From assembly GCF_000150275.1 (NCBI RefSeq), contig NW_002060943.1, positions 2,508,462 to 2,572,461 on the forward strand: 64,000 nt of DNA, in the 5' to 3' direction. Under the pieces are notes generated by a model, which was not told the origin of the DNA, did not search any database, and saw only the letters and a program-made list of their open reading frames with translations. Position numbers and translations under genes: made by a program. Each line of letters opens with the position of its first letter. The stretch's first letter is position 1. Shown here in pieces: positions 62,600 to 64,000 of this stretch. Source of the stretch: Trichoplax adhaerens (taxonomy: Eukaryota; Animalia; Placozoa).

Positions 62600-64000
62600 A
62601 TAAAGTGTTCCTAAACTATAAGAAATAGTAATCTATTGTTGCTTTGCTATTAAACTCTTTTCGCCAATCTCAGTCTAACAAAATTTACCAATATAATTGT
62701 ATTAAATCAAGCGAGAAGAGTAATTGTCTTCTCTACCTTACATCAATAACATTCCACTTGCTACTACCGCTCATTATCACCTCTGCCGTCAAAATTGTAG
62801 ACAAAATATTTACCTTGATTAGTAAACTCGATTACTAGAGATGAATTAGTCCGCCTAGGTGTAAAACACGATCCAACTAACTCGATATAGGAATACTCTC
62901 TGACATTTTTCTTTCCTCCATTTATTATTAATAATATATTCGTGATGATTTCGCCATTGAACGTTATGAAAGTAAAGTTGGCTCTTCTAGTTAATAATCT
63001 GTAATTTTCTCAATATTTTTTCAAGGTATCGCATAGCAAATCGATTAAAGATTGGATACCCATCTTCAACCTTTTTGAATATTAAATTAAATCGTTTCTA
63101 TTTTAGTTCTTCTTATTTAAAGGCGAAGTGGTCAAGCAGCTACGAGCTAGATTCGAGTCTATTGAAATTAAAAGGCGTTTAGTGCTATTTTAGAAGATAA
63201 AAGTTAATGGAGTCTTGAATCTTCAAACAGTATTGCACGAAGCCATTATTGAATGAGTCAAGAACTTTTTTTCATACTCTTCTTCATTCCCTTGACGAAT
63301 ACTCTAGCCGGTAGTGGATCCATTAATCCTCTTTTTGATCTATATTCAAAAGACGCTACGTCAACGAAAAGTCGATTAAACTGCAAGGCATTTTTCATTA
63401 TTATTCTATCGCGGTGCATCAAGGATTAATTCTCCATTAGAACAGAGCCAAGTCATCGATATTGGTAAATTATTACATGGAAAGCAAATTGGTTGTATTG
63501 TTTTATGTCTGCCATTAACAATTTTCAATGGAACCTTTTCAGGATACCCTGATATTCATTCTTTTGTGATCTTTTCAAGGCCTATATAACAGTTTAGGTG
63601 GTAGTTAATGAGACTCAGCTTGAAATCTTAGTTCATTTTATTATTTCCATCATTGATTCTATATAGTTATTATTCAAATCAATAAAATATTGATTACTAA
63701 AAATATTGGCGAGGAAAAGATCACAGGTCAAATGGAGAATAATTTATATTAGCTCTATTTCTGATTCAAGGTTGAAAGTTTGATCGTATTGGCAAGCTAT
63801 TTAAAAACACTTCTTTGTAAGTAAAATATAATTTGAATGGAATAAGCTTACAGTCTTACTATTCTCTTTATGAATAATTTAGCCTTGATCTCACCATCAC
63901 AAATCGAAATCGATTAAACTATCAATTGCTTCAGTAACGTTGAAGAGCCTTTATTTCTTTCTGACTAGGCAAGATTTTAATCGAGGAGCTAGCGGGTTCA
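62600..64000 (-). mobile_element. Degenerate CR1/L2-like LINE RT fossil, continuing beyond the window end
   Basis: Minus strand reads SIKILPS (63984-63964; cf. RPISILP), NYSPFDL (63744-63724; cf. DFSKAFD), KGSI (63538-63527; cf. PQGSI), IDDLAL (63460-63443; cf. YADDLAL), ALQFN (about 63390), NVQWR (about 62967; cf. VQRR) and SYIE (about 62893; cf. SYxERL). Confidence 0.58.

Overview
AT-rich eukaryotic (animal) genomic DNA with many short GT-AG introns. Composition, intron style and a Dbx/Hlx-type homeobox gene suggest a placozoan (Trichoplax-like) scaffold; this is an inference. Five genes could be spliced by hand: a two-exon prostanoid-receptor-like class A GPCR (1543-5014, +), a four-exon Dbx(/Hlx) homeobox gene (20655-23575, +), a short synaptobrevin/VAMP R-SNARE (about 29217-31315, +), RRP15 (32598-33807, -, 5' end unresolved) and an eIF4G2/NAT1/DAP5 gene of about 28 coding exons (38353-43578, +). 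The eIF4G2 gene appears to start at a non-AUG GTG codon in an AAAGTGGA context, with a GC-rich GNRA hairpin downstream. The apparently empty regions (7-15 kb and 50-64 kb) hold several heavily eroded LINE reverse-transcriptase fossils and tandem repeats. There are also two solo-LTR-like elements with target-site duplications (6799-7396 and 46880-47920). Most ORFs in the supplied track are exon fragments or noise. No rRNA, tRNA or CRISPR was seen.
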